Of a stretch of 64,000 nucleotides of DNA, positions 35,823 through 48,170 are shown one piece after another. The translations under genes were made by a program, and so were the position numbers. Every line of letters starts with the position of its first letter. Positions within the stretch are counted from its first letter, which is position 1. This stretch comes from Felis catus (Eukaryota). The stretch is taken from contig NC_058368.1 in assembly GCF_018350175.1 (NCBI RefSeq), positions 186,436,001 to 186,500,000 on the forward strand, read 5' to 3'. Under the pieces are notes generated by a model. It saw only the letters and a list, made by a program, of their open reading frames with translations, did no database searches and was not told where the DNA came from.

Positions 35823-37095
35823 AGTGGGCCATGCAGACTCATGTGTTCTTTGGTAATGTTCCACGGTTTGACTGACTTTATTCAGCAAGGACCAGAGCTC
35901 TGAATTAGATTTCCTACTTGGTCACAGTGGGAGAATCAGCTCTAAGTCTGGTAATGTTATTTGTTCATTGTCTTAACTCAAGCTGACTCATACCTCTAGT
36001 TCCCTAATCAAACAGGGCCACTGGCTTTGCTCTGCGACCTGCTGGTTCTGCCTGTTCTCCTCTCAGCTTGAGGGCCACTAGGCCACACTGCTTCCAGGAG
36101 TTGTTGCCAACCCTTCTGGTCAGATGGGGCTGAAAAACAGTCTCCACAGTTTATGGGGTTACGTCTCAGTTTCTTTGCCTGGGCAGGAGGAGGAGGGGCC
36201 TGTCCAGACTACTCTCAAATTCCAAACAGTATCTCCAGTTGCATGGGGCCAGGGATTACCCGCAGCCTTAGTTATGAATTAATAAGCCTGCCTGTTCATA
36301 GCACTGGAGCACTCCATGCCCGGTACTTGTTTTGCTCTGGGGGTGATCAGCTCTGCCTGCCCATCTCTCAGCTCAAACACCACTAGGCCACACTGCTTCT
36401 AGGAGCTGTCACCAGCCATTTTGGTCAGATGGTGCTAGAAGACACTCTCCACAGTGGATGCGTGGGCCTGCAGTTCAGCTCCTTGTCTGGGCTTGGGCAA
36501 ACTAGGCTCTATGGCCCCAAATTCCTCATTTGAAGATGCAAATCAGGCAGATATGCACTCCACAGAGTTCCCTTGTCAGAGTGTGCCCCAAACATGATTC
36601 TGCAGATGAGCAAAACTGCTGGTTGAGATTACTACTTAGGCACTACAGTTATGAACTCACTCTTCCAAGTTATGTGTGCTGATTGCTGGAAACCCCTCCT
36701 CCCTTCTCTGTCAGATTCCCAGTGGTTGGGCCCTCAGCAACCCCTGCAATACCCACGGTTTCGAGATCAGAGTAAGGTTTCCCACAAAGTAATCTACAAT
36801 GCTAGTGGGGAGAGACTGGTTGTCCCCCCAGGTTTTCTTTCCACACTGGAGGAACCAGTGGTTCAGGGGACACCTCTCTGCATGATGCAGTGCTGGCCTG
36901 GAAGAGAGGCAATGCAGTCTTAACTTTATAATACAGTCTGTCTTGGTGTCTGTAGTACAGGGACGTGCTTCATCCTCACTGTCATATTTTAGTATTTTCT
37001 CAGTGATGTCCTGTTCTTGAATAGTTTTTGTTTTTGTGAGGGGGAGTGAAGTCAGAAACAACCTACGTCACCATCTTGGTGACATCACTTGCTTA

Positions 37096-37982
37096 GATTT
37101 CCTTAGATTTTACCTAGTGTTATTTCTCTGCTCCAGAATTACATCTAGGATACCACATTACATTCAGTTGGTGTGTTTCCTTAAGCTTTTCCAGACTGTG
37201 ACAGTGATTTAAACATTCCATGTTTGTGATGACTTTGAAAGTTTTGAGGAGTACTGAAGAAGCATTTTGTAGAATATCTCTGAATTGGGATTTCTTTTTT
37301 CTTGTGATTAAACTGGAATTATAAATTTTTGGGGAAAAGGCCACATAAGTAAGGTGCCATTCTCATCATATCATAGTAAGAAATCATGCTATCAACATGA
37401 CATTGCTGTGAATTAAACCATGATCACCTGGCTGAGGTAGTGTTTGGTAGGTTTCTCTACTGTAAGCATACTCTCTTTTCTCTTTTCCATAATGTGCTCT
37501 TTAAATGGAAGTTATTATGTACAGCTCACACTGAAAGAGTTATCCCCATTCCCCACATCTTGATGGAGGAGTATCTATATAAATTATTCAAAATTCTCCT
37601 GCAGAGGGCACTTGGCTATTCCTCATTTGTTTATTTACTAAATTACTTGTTTATATAAGTATGAGGTCATGGATATTTATTTTATACTTTATGCTATAAT
37701 CCAATGCTAGTTATTAATTTTGCCTTTCAAGTCATTCCAGCTTTAGACATTGGGAGCTCTTGCAGTTGGTGTCTGTGCCTTTTGGCATACTCCCACAGTT
37801 GTGTATAGCGTTTTGTTTTCGTGTATTTTGTTTTGTTTTCGGAGTTCTTCCTTACTTTCTGGCACTACAATATGCTTCAGGTTCATCTTCCATACACCTG
37901 CCCTAGTCCTAAAATCAGGCTTTTTCCTAAAGAGACTTGGATCCTTTCATTTGGAGAACAGTATTAGAAACCAAGAGCTTCT
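37096..37982 (-). mobile_element. L1MC-type 3' UTR, right part
   Basis: AGGATACCACATTACATT...GTTTTGAGGAGTACTG...TGATCACCTGGCTGAGGTAGTGTTTG...TATTAGAAACCAAG; continues 28270-28475. Confidence 0.8.
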
Positions 37983-37984
37983 AT

Positions 37985-38875
37985 AAGCCCATCTATATCT
38001 TTCACAGCATGAAAGGTGTTAATTTTAATAAAGACCAATTTATCATATTTTTTTTCTTTAATGAATTGTGTTCTTAGTGTTGTATTGAAAGGTTATCACC
38101 AAACCCAGGGTCACGTAAATTTTCTCCTATGTTTTCTTCTAGAATTTTTACATTTTACATATCATTTTACATGTAGGCATATAATCAATTTTAAATTTTG
38201 TATAAGTTATGATATTTGATTAAGTTCATATTTTTATATGGATTTCCAATTGTTTTTTTCAGCACCGCTGTGAAAAAATACTCTTTTCCAGCACCATTCG
38301 TTTAAAAGACTATCCTTTCTATATTGTATTGCCTTGTGCCTTTGTTAAAAATAAGTTAGCTAAATTTATGTGGGTCTATTTCTGAGTTCTCTATATTGTT
38401 ACATTGATCTATGCACCTATTCTTTTTACCAAAAGAAAGATTTTGTGGTTGCTATAACTTTATAGCAAGTCTTGAAGTAAGGTAGTTAAGTTAGTAAATT
38501 TTATTTTGCTTCTTAGGATTATGTTGGTTATTCTATGTCCTTCACATTTGCAAAGAAATGTCAAAATCATTTGTGCTGATATCTATAAAGTAGCTTGCTA
38601 GAATTTTGACTGGGGTAGGGTTGAATCTATAGATCAAGTTGGAGAGAACTGACATCTTAATGACATTGAATCTTCCATTCTGTAAACACACAATACTTTC
38701 CCACTTATTTAGGTCTTCTTTCAACAGTGTTCTTTTAGTTTTTCTCCTATGGACCTTGTGCATATTATCTTAGATTTGTAGCTAAGTACTTACTTTTTGG
38801 AAGGGGGGCTGATATATAAATAGTACTTTTTTAAATTTCAGATTCCAATTTTTTATAGCTGGTACACATAGTAAA
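37985..38875 (-). mobile_element. Old L1 ORF2 segment
   Basis: ORF 38542-38763 reads EDLNKW..GRFNVIKMSVL..LIYRFN, an L1 ORF2 motif. Confidence 0.85.
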
Positions 38876-38879
38876 TTTT

Positions 38880-39678
38880 GAAACATAAGCAAATCATGTT
38901 TAATCATTACATTTAAAATGCAAATTCCTTAACTCTGTCCTATAAGACCCTGCCAATCTTTCTAAACTAGGTTAACCTTTAAGTACTAAAGTTTCAAACT
39001 CACTGTTTTTTTTAATGCTTATTTATTTTTGAGAGAGAGAAGAATGAGAGAGGGAGAGAGACAGAGCATGAGTGGGGGAGGGGCAGAGAGAGAGGGAGAC
39101 ACAGAACCCAAAGCAGGCTCCAGGCTCTGAGCTGTCAGCATAGAGCCTGATGGGGAGCTCAAAGTCATGAACTGTGAGATCATGACCTGAGCCAAAGTCA
39201 GATGATTAACTGACTGAGCGACCCAGGTACACCTCAGACTCCCTATTTTTTTTTTTTTTTGATTTCTTGACTTATTCTAAGCTTTTTCATACCCCAGGGC
39301 TTTTGCACTTGCCCTTCATTTTGCCTGGATTAGTCTTCACCTAGGTGTTTTCCTCTTTGCTTCTGTCACTTTTCATCCTTCATATCTCATTTTAAATGTC
39401 AAAGTGGCCTTCCCTAATCACTACATCTAAAGTAGCCAATTTTTTCTTCCGCCACTTCTCTTCATTTATCCTTTATAGCTTTCATAGTACTTATTACCAT
39501 TTGGCATTATTTTGTTTGTTATTCTTCCTAGTTATTATTGGTCTTTACCCAAATAAAATATAAATTAAATAAGAGTACAGTCTTGGCCTTTTTCATTTAC
39601 TACTTTATTCCCATGCATATTACCATGTCTAAAATATAACAGACACTTATTTAAATATCTTTGAATGAATTAATGAAT
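38880..39678 (+). mobile_element. L2, right part to its 3' end
   Basis: AAACATAAGCAAATCATGT...CAGGGCTTTTGCACTTGC...GGCCTTCCCTAATCAC...TGAATGAATTAATGAAT. Confidence 0.7.
39006..39232 (-). mobile_element. CAN-SINE inside L2
   Basis: Antisense body; degenerate TSD TCA(A/G)ACTC(A/C)CT(G/A)TTTTT. Confidence 0.95.
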
Positions 39679-39732
39679 ATGTATATATATACATACATAT
39701 ACATATACATATATATACATATACATGTATAT
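39678..39732. repeat. (TA)/(CATA) simple repeat
   Basis: Directly visible. Confidence 0.9.
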
Positions 39733-40149
39733 AGTAAGAAAGACACACCAAGGTCAAATATCTCAATTTCAGCAAAATCTTCCTTCAGTCCCTAAACTGG
39801 AAATGATTATTCTCTGCTCTTGTTCTCCCTTAAAATATATCCTTTTTATGCAACTATTTGTAGTACTTGTTTATGTGCATCTTTGTCTCCTATAATCACT
39901 ATGAACAGAGGCAGTAATTTATACATGTTTGTATTCACCATAACTTCAAAGAGAGTATCTTACATCTGAATTTTTAAAAATGAATAGATAGCAAATGGGT
40001 TAGTTATTAGAAGACCTTAGATGTGATCCAAACAGATCTCACCAATTAATTGTGTAACTATTTGAGAACCACCTCACCTTAGTAGGTCTTGTTTTAAAAT
40101 AAGGAAATTAGACTAGATTGGTAATTCTTACACTTTCTGTTTCTTTTGA

Positions 40150-40629
40150 AGGAGGTATAGCATACATGGTCAGTGCTCCACCCATATTCCCTGGGATCTC
40201 TTTCCCACTTTCATGAACATCAGATTCCAGTGTGTTTTTATTTTCAAGAGCTAGAACCTGCCTCCCTTCATTGGAAGACTGACCTCGGGATTCCTGGGAA
40301 AGCTTTCTCTGAAAACTGAGAGTCAGAATTACAACCCCCATGCCTATCCCCAGCACTGGGAAACCATGATCCAGTGACTAAAGATGTAGGTTATGAATCT
40401 CCCAGCTTCTTAGGCCCTTGATATCCACCACTCTGAGGGGGCTCTAGAGACCACTGCAAAACAGGAATTTGGTTTGATATCTCACCCTTGCTTGTCTTGC
40501 TTCCACTCCTAGTCTCACTTCCTCACTTGGCTACCTGTTTCTCATGGAAACACTTCCTAATGCATCACTTTCACATGAATCCTCATCTTAGAGATGCTTC
40601 TGGGGAACAGGGGAACCCAACTTGAGATA
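40150..40629 (+). mobile_element. ERVL solo LTR, LTR16 family
   Basis: Start GTCAGTGCTCCACCCATATTCCC; end CACTTTCACATGAATCCTCATCTTAG..TGCTTCTGGGGAAC...CCCAACTTGAGATA. Confidence 0.8.
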
Positions 40630-40689
40630 TGAGATATTGGTTAAGAGACCCTTTTGGGAGTATGCTGAAAATCATGGTTTATCTTCAGG

Positions 40690-40690
<1 letters not shown>

Positions 40691-40719
<29 letters not shown>
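40691..40719. repeat. (AC)14 microsatellite
   Basis: Directly visible. Confidence 0.98.
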
Positions 40720-40721
<2 letters not shown>

Positions 40722-40805
40722 TCATGCAAAGATATTTATATAATCTATGGATTTCAATTTAAGAATCACTTGACTAAAAATCTCTAAGGTAATGTCTTCT
40801 CAAGT

Positions 40806-41370
40806 TCATTCATACCTTCAACAATGTTTATTGACTACTTACTTATACTTGTTATTGTAATTCCTAAGGATACTGGGAGTGAACAAAACCAGTCAGAACC
40901 TTGTTCTGTGGAGTTTATCTTCAAGTGGAGAAAAATGATAATAAAATGCTTAAGAAAAAGATAAGCTAATGTTAAGTGTAACACAGATAATTAAATTAGA
41001 AAACTAGTGACTACCTTATGCATGATGATCAAGGGAGACCTCTGGGAGGATGAGGCATTTAAGCTGAAATTGTAATGACAAGCAGAAGCTAGCTATACAA
41101 AGATCAAGGGGTGGCAACACAAGCAGAAGGAACAGCCAGTGCAAAATTTCTAATTAGGAATGAGCTTGATAAGTCTGAGAATCAAAAGTGAGTGACTCAA
41201 GCATAGTATGCAAAGTAGAGAATGGTATGAGATAAAGTTCAAAGAGTTGTCAGTCATTGATGATGGAGAGTAAGTCAGAGTAAGGAGTTTGAATTTTATT
41301 CTAGGTAAAATGGGGATAATGATGATCAGTGCCAGTCTTCTACAGGAACATTCCACTGCTAGTGCTAATA
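40806..41370 (-). mobile_element. L2
   Basis: TCATTCAT..TCAACAATGTTTATTGA...GGCATTTAAGCTGA...GGAACAGCCAGTGCAAA...GTAAGGAGTTTGAATTTTATTCT. Confidence 0.8.
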
Positions 41371-43189
41371 ATAAAGGGTTTGGACTCTAACTGCACTTTG
41401 ATCAGTTCCATTGACACCAACCCTTCACTCTTCTTTCCTTCACTCTTCTTTCCTCACCTATCCTTTCCTTATTACCTAACTATAAGCTTCTTCTCACTTA
41501 ATCTTCTCTCACTGGAGAAAAAAGGGAAAAAATATGATGACTAATTGTATGAATTAAAAGTCATTTGTGAATGATCCTGATTCCACGAATGATGAGAATT
41601 TCCCTGAATACTTGCACTGATAAGAATGAACCATTCTTGACCTTTGACTAGATCTAGAAAGAGGTTTCTATACAGAGGAAGTCACACTGAGGTGATAAAG
41701 TCTTACAGACTACAGAATATATGTTACTGACATCTTCACTTTTGTTTATGTTGGGTGGGCAGAGATTTGTACCGATGGCCATTCTTAGTATTGATTCCAT
41801 GTGAGTTTAATTTCAAAGAAAAAAGCTATAGAATCTCATTTTCTATAGTCCCTAAAATTCAGTGAAAGGTTGTCTAAAAGCACAGTAGATATTATTAGTA
41901 TTTCAAATGCTAGAGAAACAAACAAAATAAAAAACAAAAACAAAACCTCCAATATGGGCTCTGAAATATTTTTTTCCCAATTCTTTCACTGGCACCATGG
42001 TGGTACTTCTACAACTCATGTCCCCCCAACAGGAAAGGTGTCTTTCTGACAACGCAAGCTTGATAAGACAGCTGGAGTTACTTAGAAAATGTTGAACAAA
42101 GTAATTACCCTTTTTCTGATAGCAGCTGTAAAGTTTCGGTTGCTAGGGTGGAATTGAACCCCAAACTGACTGAATTCTAAAGAATTTATTGTTAGAGTTT
42201 GCTTACATACACATCAGGGTATACTTTTAAAAACAAGAGCTACTTAATTGGATTAACAGCAATGATTTTTTCCTTAATACCCAAGGTTCAAAAGCTTAAC
42301 AAAAATATTTATAAAACAGATGAAGAAAAGGAGATTCTCCTTACTGGTCAGCTTGTTGCTGCTGTTGTTTCCATAGTTGCATGCATCCTAACATTCAGCC
42401 TACTTGGCAAGCAACAAAACATAGGCTGCTTTTGGATATAATTAGGGTTGAAGCAATATGGAGGTGATATAGTGTAAAATGCAATACTTTCTCTAATCCC
42501 AGATTGTCAAATTATATCTAAATTTATGTCTCCTACTCTTTTCCTAAATTATCAAAAGTCATTGTTTTGTAACAACCAGTTGCCATGTATTTTCTAAGTG
42601 TCTACTATTTATAAAATCACTTATGGATTACAAAGAAGTCTCAAGTATAATTTCTGTCTTCAGAGTTTATGCTACAGGTACAGAACTGAGATGTATGGAA
42701 AAATAACTATCTAGAGTAGGTAATAAATTCACAGGCATCATCATGATCAAAAGTTTATTATTTAGTGCCTGGTTGCTGTGCAGGAGGATTCTGAGGAATA
42801 CTCAAATAAATTATGTGCACAACATTGCTTTAGGAATTTTGAGGATGTCAAACTGTGAGAATAAAATGCTACCTTGATTATAGCAACAGTGTTTATGGCC
42901 GTCATAATAGCAGTGGCAAAGTTAGTAGGTATGAGAGTAGCAAACATTTACTAATCAGACTCCGCATGCCATATCCACCACATTTTGACAAACAAGAACT
43001 CAGGCTCACCTACACCCAAATTAGGAATCAATCAGAAATCCAAAGTCAGGGCTTCTTGCCTCAGCCATGATTCCCTTAAACACATCAAATCAGGCTTCAA
43101 GGTGGAGACTGGATCAGATATAAGTCTGCTACATAGGAAGCTTGTTTCAAAGATTCAGCCTTAAACAAGTATCCATTTATTTTCTATAA

Positions 43190-43399
43190 TTTTTTTTAAT
43201 GTTTATTTATTTTTGAGACAGAGAGAGACAGAGCATGAACGGGGGAGGGGCAGAGAGAGAGGGAGACACAGCATCGGAAACAGGCTCCAGGCTCCGAGCC
43301 ATCAGCCCAGAGCCTGACGCGGGGCTCAAACTCACGGACCGCGAGATCGTGACCTGGCTGAAGTCGGACGCTTAACCGACTGCGCCACCCAGGCGCCCC
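43190..43399 (-). mobile_element. Felid CAN-SINE with a young CpG-rich body
   Basis: Near-consensus body; only a short TSD (TCTATAA at 43183-43189 and 43401-43407). Confidence 0.97.
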
Positions 43400-44071
43400 A
43401 TCTATAAATCAACCTAAAACTTTTCGCAGTCCCCTAGCATGTGGAACATCACATTAGTTTTTTTCATTCTATCTCCAACCATTTGTACAGAGGTTCTGAG
43501 TTTGTTTAAATATGGGGAGGAATAAGCTTCCTTCCATCAGTGACCAAGATTCTCTACTTTATGTGTTAAACTTGGGATGTTTGCCTCTCTGGCAAGGTTG
43601 GAAGCACTGTTGCTAGGTTCCTGCACCCTAGATACAGAATGCAGTCATCCCCTTAAGCATTTTGGCCTCCTCAGACTTCTATTTCCTTCCCAACATGGGA
43701 TTCTCCTCACTGCTACCCCTTCTCAAAGAGCCAGACTCTTTCCTCCTCCCAAAGAAAGCCAACACAATTCCTCTCAATCGCTTATTAGGCTTTAGGAAAA
43801 CAAAAAACAGACTAGGATGTATCTTGTAAGTCACTTTTTGGGCCCAGAAACAGAAATCTCTACTGGAACAAGAAGGCACACAAGGTCATGATATCTCTGT
43901 GGAATGGATGAAGAATGAGAAAGGACTATGAGGGAAAGAAAGTAAATTAATATCTTTGTTAATCACTCTGTCACATAAACATTGAAGGCAAGTAGAAATG
44001 AGATAGGCAAAGAGGACAAGATAGGGCATTTTGGTTCACCTGAGATTTTATTAGCCCATGTGCCTATGTGT

Positions 44072-44273
44072 AAATGCTTGGTACCCAAGTATGGTTCTAG
44101 CACCGACAGCAATTGTATAACATGGGAGTTTGTTACAAATGTAGAACCTCATTGTGCTCCCAAGCCCAGCTAATGAACACTAATAAACATGTTCATCAAT
44201 AAATACTAGTAAACATGTACTTTAATAGGATTTCCAGGTGATTTGTATGCATATTAAAGTTTGAAAACCAGTG
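44072..44273. mobile_element. hAT-Charlie MITE, MER5-like
   Basis: ATGGGAGTTTGTTACAAATGTAGAA...CCAGGTGATTTGTATGCATATTAAAGTTTGAAAACCAGTG. Confidence 0.75.
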
Positions 44274-44279
44274 GTATAG

Positions 44280-44520
44280 AGGGGAAAAAGCGCAAAGTGC
44301 ATTCAGGGTATAGTAAATAGATACTTTGGCTAAAACACAGGTTTCTGCAAAAGCAAAAAGTTTGAAACATCTAGAAATGACGGTTGGTCCTGATGATCAA
44401 GAGACTTGAAAGCCATGTTCCAGGAATTAAAAGTTTTCTTCCAGTCATTGGAAGCCATTGCAAGTTTTTGTACTGAGGAATGACATGATCATAGATGGCT
44501 TAGGAGGATTGGAAGAAGGG
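44280..44520 (-). mobile_element. L2 fragment
   Basis: TTGGAAGCCATTG..AAGTTTTTG...GGAATGACATGATCA. Confidence 0.5.
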
Positions 44521-44977
44521 GGTCATTTGTGAAAGAACATGATCTGTAGTCTCAAATCTTTTCTGTAAAATACTCTTTCAAATCCATTAGACACTTTCAT
44601 AAATACATAGGCTCTTTCAGGTTTCTGAGAGACTATTAAATATACTAACATGATGCAAAGATGTTCCAACTAATGACTTGAAAGAATCATTTTAGTTCTT
44701 AATGTCACTGGGTTCTGCAAAGCAACGGGAACCAAGGTCTCAGGGATGAGAGACTGAATATTCACAGCCAGTTGGAAACTAATACCAAACAGAAAACGCA
44801 GGCAAAGAGGGCCCTGGGAACACAGTATATGTATCTTTCAGGTTCCTTAATGTTGCAGTCTGTATCTTTTTCATCTGCCCTTTGGCAATTTCACCACTTA
44901 TTTGAGTTCTTATCTGAGGTAGGTCAGGGTGCAGAGTGGAGCTAGCTGTTGTCATCCTGCTGAAACAGCCTTAAGGT

Positions 44978-45105
44978 CAGTGGTTTGCAGCTATCACTGC
45001 ACATTAGAATCACCTGGGGAGTTTTAAACACTACAGCTGCTCAACCATGTTCCCAGGCCAATCAAATGATTATTTCTGGTGGTTCTAACAATCAGCCAGG
45101 TATGG
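44978..45105. mobile_element. MER5-like fragment
   Basis: CAGTGGTTT...TGCACATTAGAATCACCTGGGGAGTTTTAAA. Confidence 0.75.
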
Positions 45106-45184
45106 CTAGAGTCAAATACATGCCCTCAAACTGAAAATTACAATAAAAAGAAAATATCCTTCTAGTTTAGTGGGTGGAGTAAAA

Positions 45185-45435
45185 TATAATGGTTACCATT
45201 TATTAAGTCCATAATAAGTGACAAACACTTATAAATGTGTTTCACATGCATTATCTGCTTAGCCTCCCCCTAGATAACTTGTGTTTCAAGTAAGATTTTT
45301 TACCATAACCTCCAGTTTACAGAACAGTACACTAAGGCTCAAAACAAAGAATGCAGTTGCCTACATTCAGGAAGTGGTCAAGCCAGGATTCAACCTAAAG
45401 GAGTAAGGTTTAGAGCCTGATCCTTGGTCCAAATC
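45185..45435 (-). mobile_element. MIR
   Basis: TACCATTTATTAAG...CCAGTTTACAGA...ACTAAGGCTCA...GCCAGGATTCAACC. Confidence 0.65.
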
Positions 45436-46057
45436 ACAAATTCTGAGGACAATTTGTGGATTCATTCATCCCTTCTACCCTAACCCAAGTCTACTGAGTA
45501 CAATTTTTTTTTAATATTATGAAAATAATGTATTCTGTGATTCAGTTGGTAAATGCTCAAATTTGTTTTAGCATGATGGCTCATTTCTAAATACCATCAC
45601 TGCATAGGGTGGTGCCTTGCATATTGCAGGCATTCAATAATTGCTTTTTATATGATATGAGTGAATTCACTCATTTATAAATTTATAAATTCACTGTTTT
45701 CTTGTAAAAGAAGAGAAAGGTATCTGATTGAATCAATCATACCACCAAAAAATACACCTGGCAATGTGTTTTTAGCAGCCATTGTCAGTAGTTTCATCTT
45801 ACTTGGTTTACTTATCAAATATGGTCTATTCTCTGTGTTTAGGGTCTCCCTTGCTCACTTTACTCCAGTCACATTGGACTTCCTCAGTCCAGTCAGTCTT
45901 TCTCCTATCCCAGAATGGGGAGAACTTCATGCTTACTGTTCTCTCCACTAGATTCATCCCCTTTTACTGCCCTCTCCTCTTTCCATCTCAACACCATCAC
46001 TACCAGTGTATGCCTGGGTAATACCTTCAGATTCCAATTTAAAAGTAATTTTGTCAT

Positions 46058-46238
46058 GGGGCGACTGGGTGGCTCAGTTGGTTAAGTGTCCGACTTCATC
46101 TCAGGTCGTGATCTCACAGTTCGTGGGTTCGAGCCTGCTTCAGATTCTGTGTCTCCCTCTCTCTCTCTCTCTGCCCCTCCTCTGCTCATTGTCTGTCTCT
46201 CAAAAAGAAATAAAAATGTTAAAAAATAATAAATAAAA
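46058..46238 (+). mobile_element. CAN-SINE (internally deleted)
   Basis: GGGGCGACTGGGTGGCTCAG head; TSD TAATTTTGTCA at 46046-46056 and 46239-46249. Confidence 0.95.
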
Positions 46239-46259
46239 TAATTTTGTCACATAGCATAT

Positions 46260-46497
46260 ATAGTGACTTCTCAACACCTCCTCCTCTGATAATTTTCCCT
46301 ATTTCCCCATTCTTTACTTAAAATGACTTTATAACAATTTGTTATTATGTATCTCTTAAGTTTATTTATTCAATAACTTATTCCTTATTAAAACGTGCCT
46401 TCCCAGGGCAAAGGAATCCTGTCTTATTTACCACTGTGTTTCTAGTGCCTAGAAAGTACCCAGCACACAGTAGATGCTCAGTGAAAGCATTGAATGT
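46260..46497 (+). mobile_element. L2 3' end
   Basis: TGTCTTATTTACCACTGTGTTTCTAGTGCCTAGAAAGTACCCAGCACACAGTAGATGCTCAG. Confidence 0.75.
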
Positions 46498-47289
46498 TCA
46501 GTGTTTCTAAGTATTAGCTGTGTTAACCCCTAGCAATAGCATTTTTTTCTCTCAATTCCCAGTCTTACTTACTAGGTGATCTAAATTACACGTAGTTGTT
46601 TTTTCTCACTTTAGTGTTTTCAACCGATGCTTAAAAATAAATAACCAACACAATATGTACTGTTTCCATTTAGTAACCTACTTTTTTTGAAAAGCTATTT
46701 ATCTGTAGGAAGTCAGAGAATCAATGAAAATTCAAGCAAATTTCCCTGAGGCAGAAAGTAACCAGAAGGTGAGTCCATTTTGAAACAGGAGTTTTGTGAT
46801 ACGGAGTTTTAATATAGTGAGAAAATATTGTACCTGAAACCAATATTCTGGAATTTCTCAATAAATTTTGAAAGGATTGGTTAATTTTCACATGCAACTA
46901 TACCATTCTCTTACGCTAATTCGCCTTAAAGGTTATACAGTGATGACTCTGCCTCCATATTTGTTTGGACAGTCAATTTTATTCAGTGCAGAAAGAGTGT
47001 GTACTCTCAAAATTTTCTAGGAGATTTTCCTTATTTTTATCATGTATATCCATTTGATAAATTCAATTCAACAAGCATTGATAATATGTCCACAACGTGC
47101 CTTACCCCATGCTCCTTGCTGTAGGAATGCAAAAGGAATCTATAAAAAGGTTCAAAGAACCATTAACCATATCAAGATTACAAGAAAAAAACCCATGACT
47201 TGGGGTAAAGGGTAAGGTTGGGGTAGAAAAACATATGAGACAGCATTTACTAAAATGAGATAGTGAGCACAACCAAGGACCTCACTTTA

Positions 47290-47445
47290 ATATTGCCATA
47301 TATGAGAAGCTCATGCCACTTTCAGTGGTGAATGGTTGAAACCTTTCCCCTAAGATCAGAAACAAAACAAGGGTGCCCACTCTTACCACCCCTGTACAAC
47401 ATAGCACTAGAAGTCCTAATCAGAGCAGTTAGGCAACAAAAAAGG
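47290..47445 (+). mobile_element. Isolated L1 ORF2 reverse-transcriptase fragment
   Basis: Translates as [33 protein letters not shown]; compare L1 [35 protein letters not shown]. Confidence 0.85.
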
Positions 47446-47709
47446 CAAATAGTTACATAGCTTAATGACAAGACTATTGCTCTTAAAACATCTTTTATTC
47501 AAATTCTGGTTCTGATATTTATTAGCTTTGTCAGTTTTCATGAGTATATTACTGGTTACCTCACAGAGTTGTTAGAAGGATTAAAATATGCAAATTGTCT
47601 CACATAATATTCTCAAAAATATGCAACTCTTATACCTGATAAGAGGAATGAAACAGCAATATTAAGTTAAAGAGGAATGATTCATGGGGAAGGAAAGATT
47701 CAAAATTTA

Positions 47710-48170
47710 GTCATTCATTCAATGCAAATTTTATTTTAGACCTATTATGTGTCAGATCTTTTGGATACTGTGTTGAAGTAGATGGCCATGATTTCTTGAA
47801 GTCCACATTTTAATGGAGGAAGACAAACAATGAACAAGTTTTAAAAAAACCAACAACAACTCAGAAAAGAAGAAGTGAATGGCTGTAACAGGACAGAGAG
47901 AGTTGCCTGGAGTTGGAGAAGCATAGGAATGACCACTCTGAACAGGTTACATGTGAGATGACGAGACCTGGACATTCAGTTATCCATGTGAAAGGGGGAA
48001 GAATATCCCAGGCAAAGGACCACAGGGGCAAAGCTCAGAGGCAGGAGTCTGCTTGGTGTGGGTGGCCAGTGTAAACGGAGTGTAGTGAAGGAAGGAGTGA
48101 CCTAGATGAGGGTCCAGAAGTAATTCTGGGCTGAAGAAAGAATGCCTGGAAGGTCATGGAGCAAAAGGAT
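47710..48170 (-). mobile_element. L2
   Basis: TCATTCATTCAA..AAATTTTATT..ACCTATTATGTGTCAG...GAATATCCCAGGCAAAGG. Confidence 0.7.

Larger units (their letters stand above)
28476..37090 (-). mobile_element. Full-length decayed LINE-1 (L1MA9-derived / early carnivore type)
   Basis: 3' UTR and degenerate poly(A) at left; ORF2 remnants [27 protein letters not shown] (30374-30586) and DQLDLTDI..EYTFFSSIHGT (32338-32541); GC-richer 5' UTR at about 35.3-37.09 kb starting with CAAGATGG; 15/16 TSD at 28460-28475 and 37096-37111; ORFs disrupted. Confidence 0.9.

Noticed and set aside
28476..37090. Full-length L1 as an active element
   Set aside because: ORF1 and ORF2 are broken by many stops, frameshifts, microsatellites and five SINE insertions.
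41585..41625. C/D box snoRNA (ATGATGA ... CTGA)
   Set aside because: The boxes are only about 30 nt apart and there is no terminal stem; such motifs are frequent by chance.
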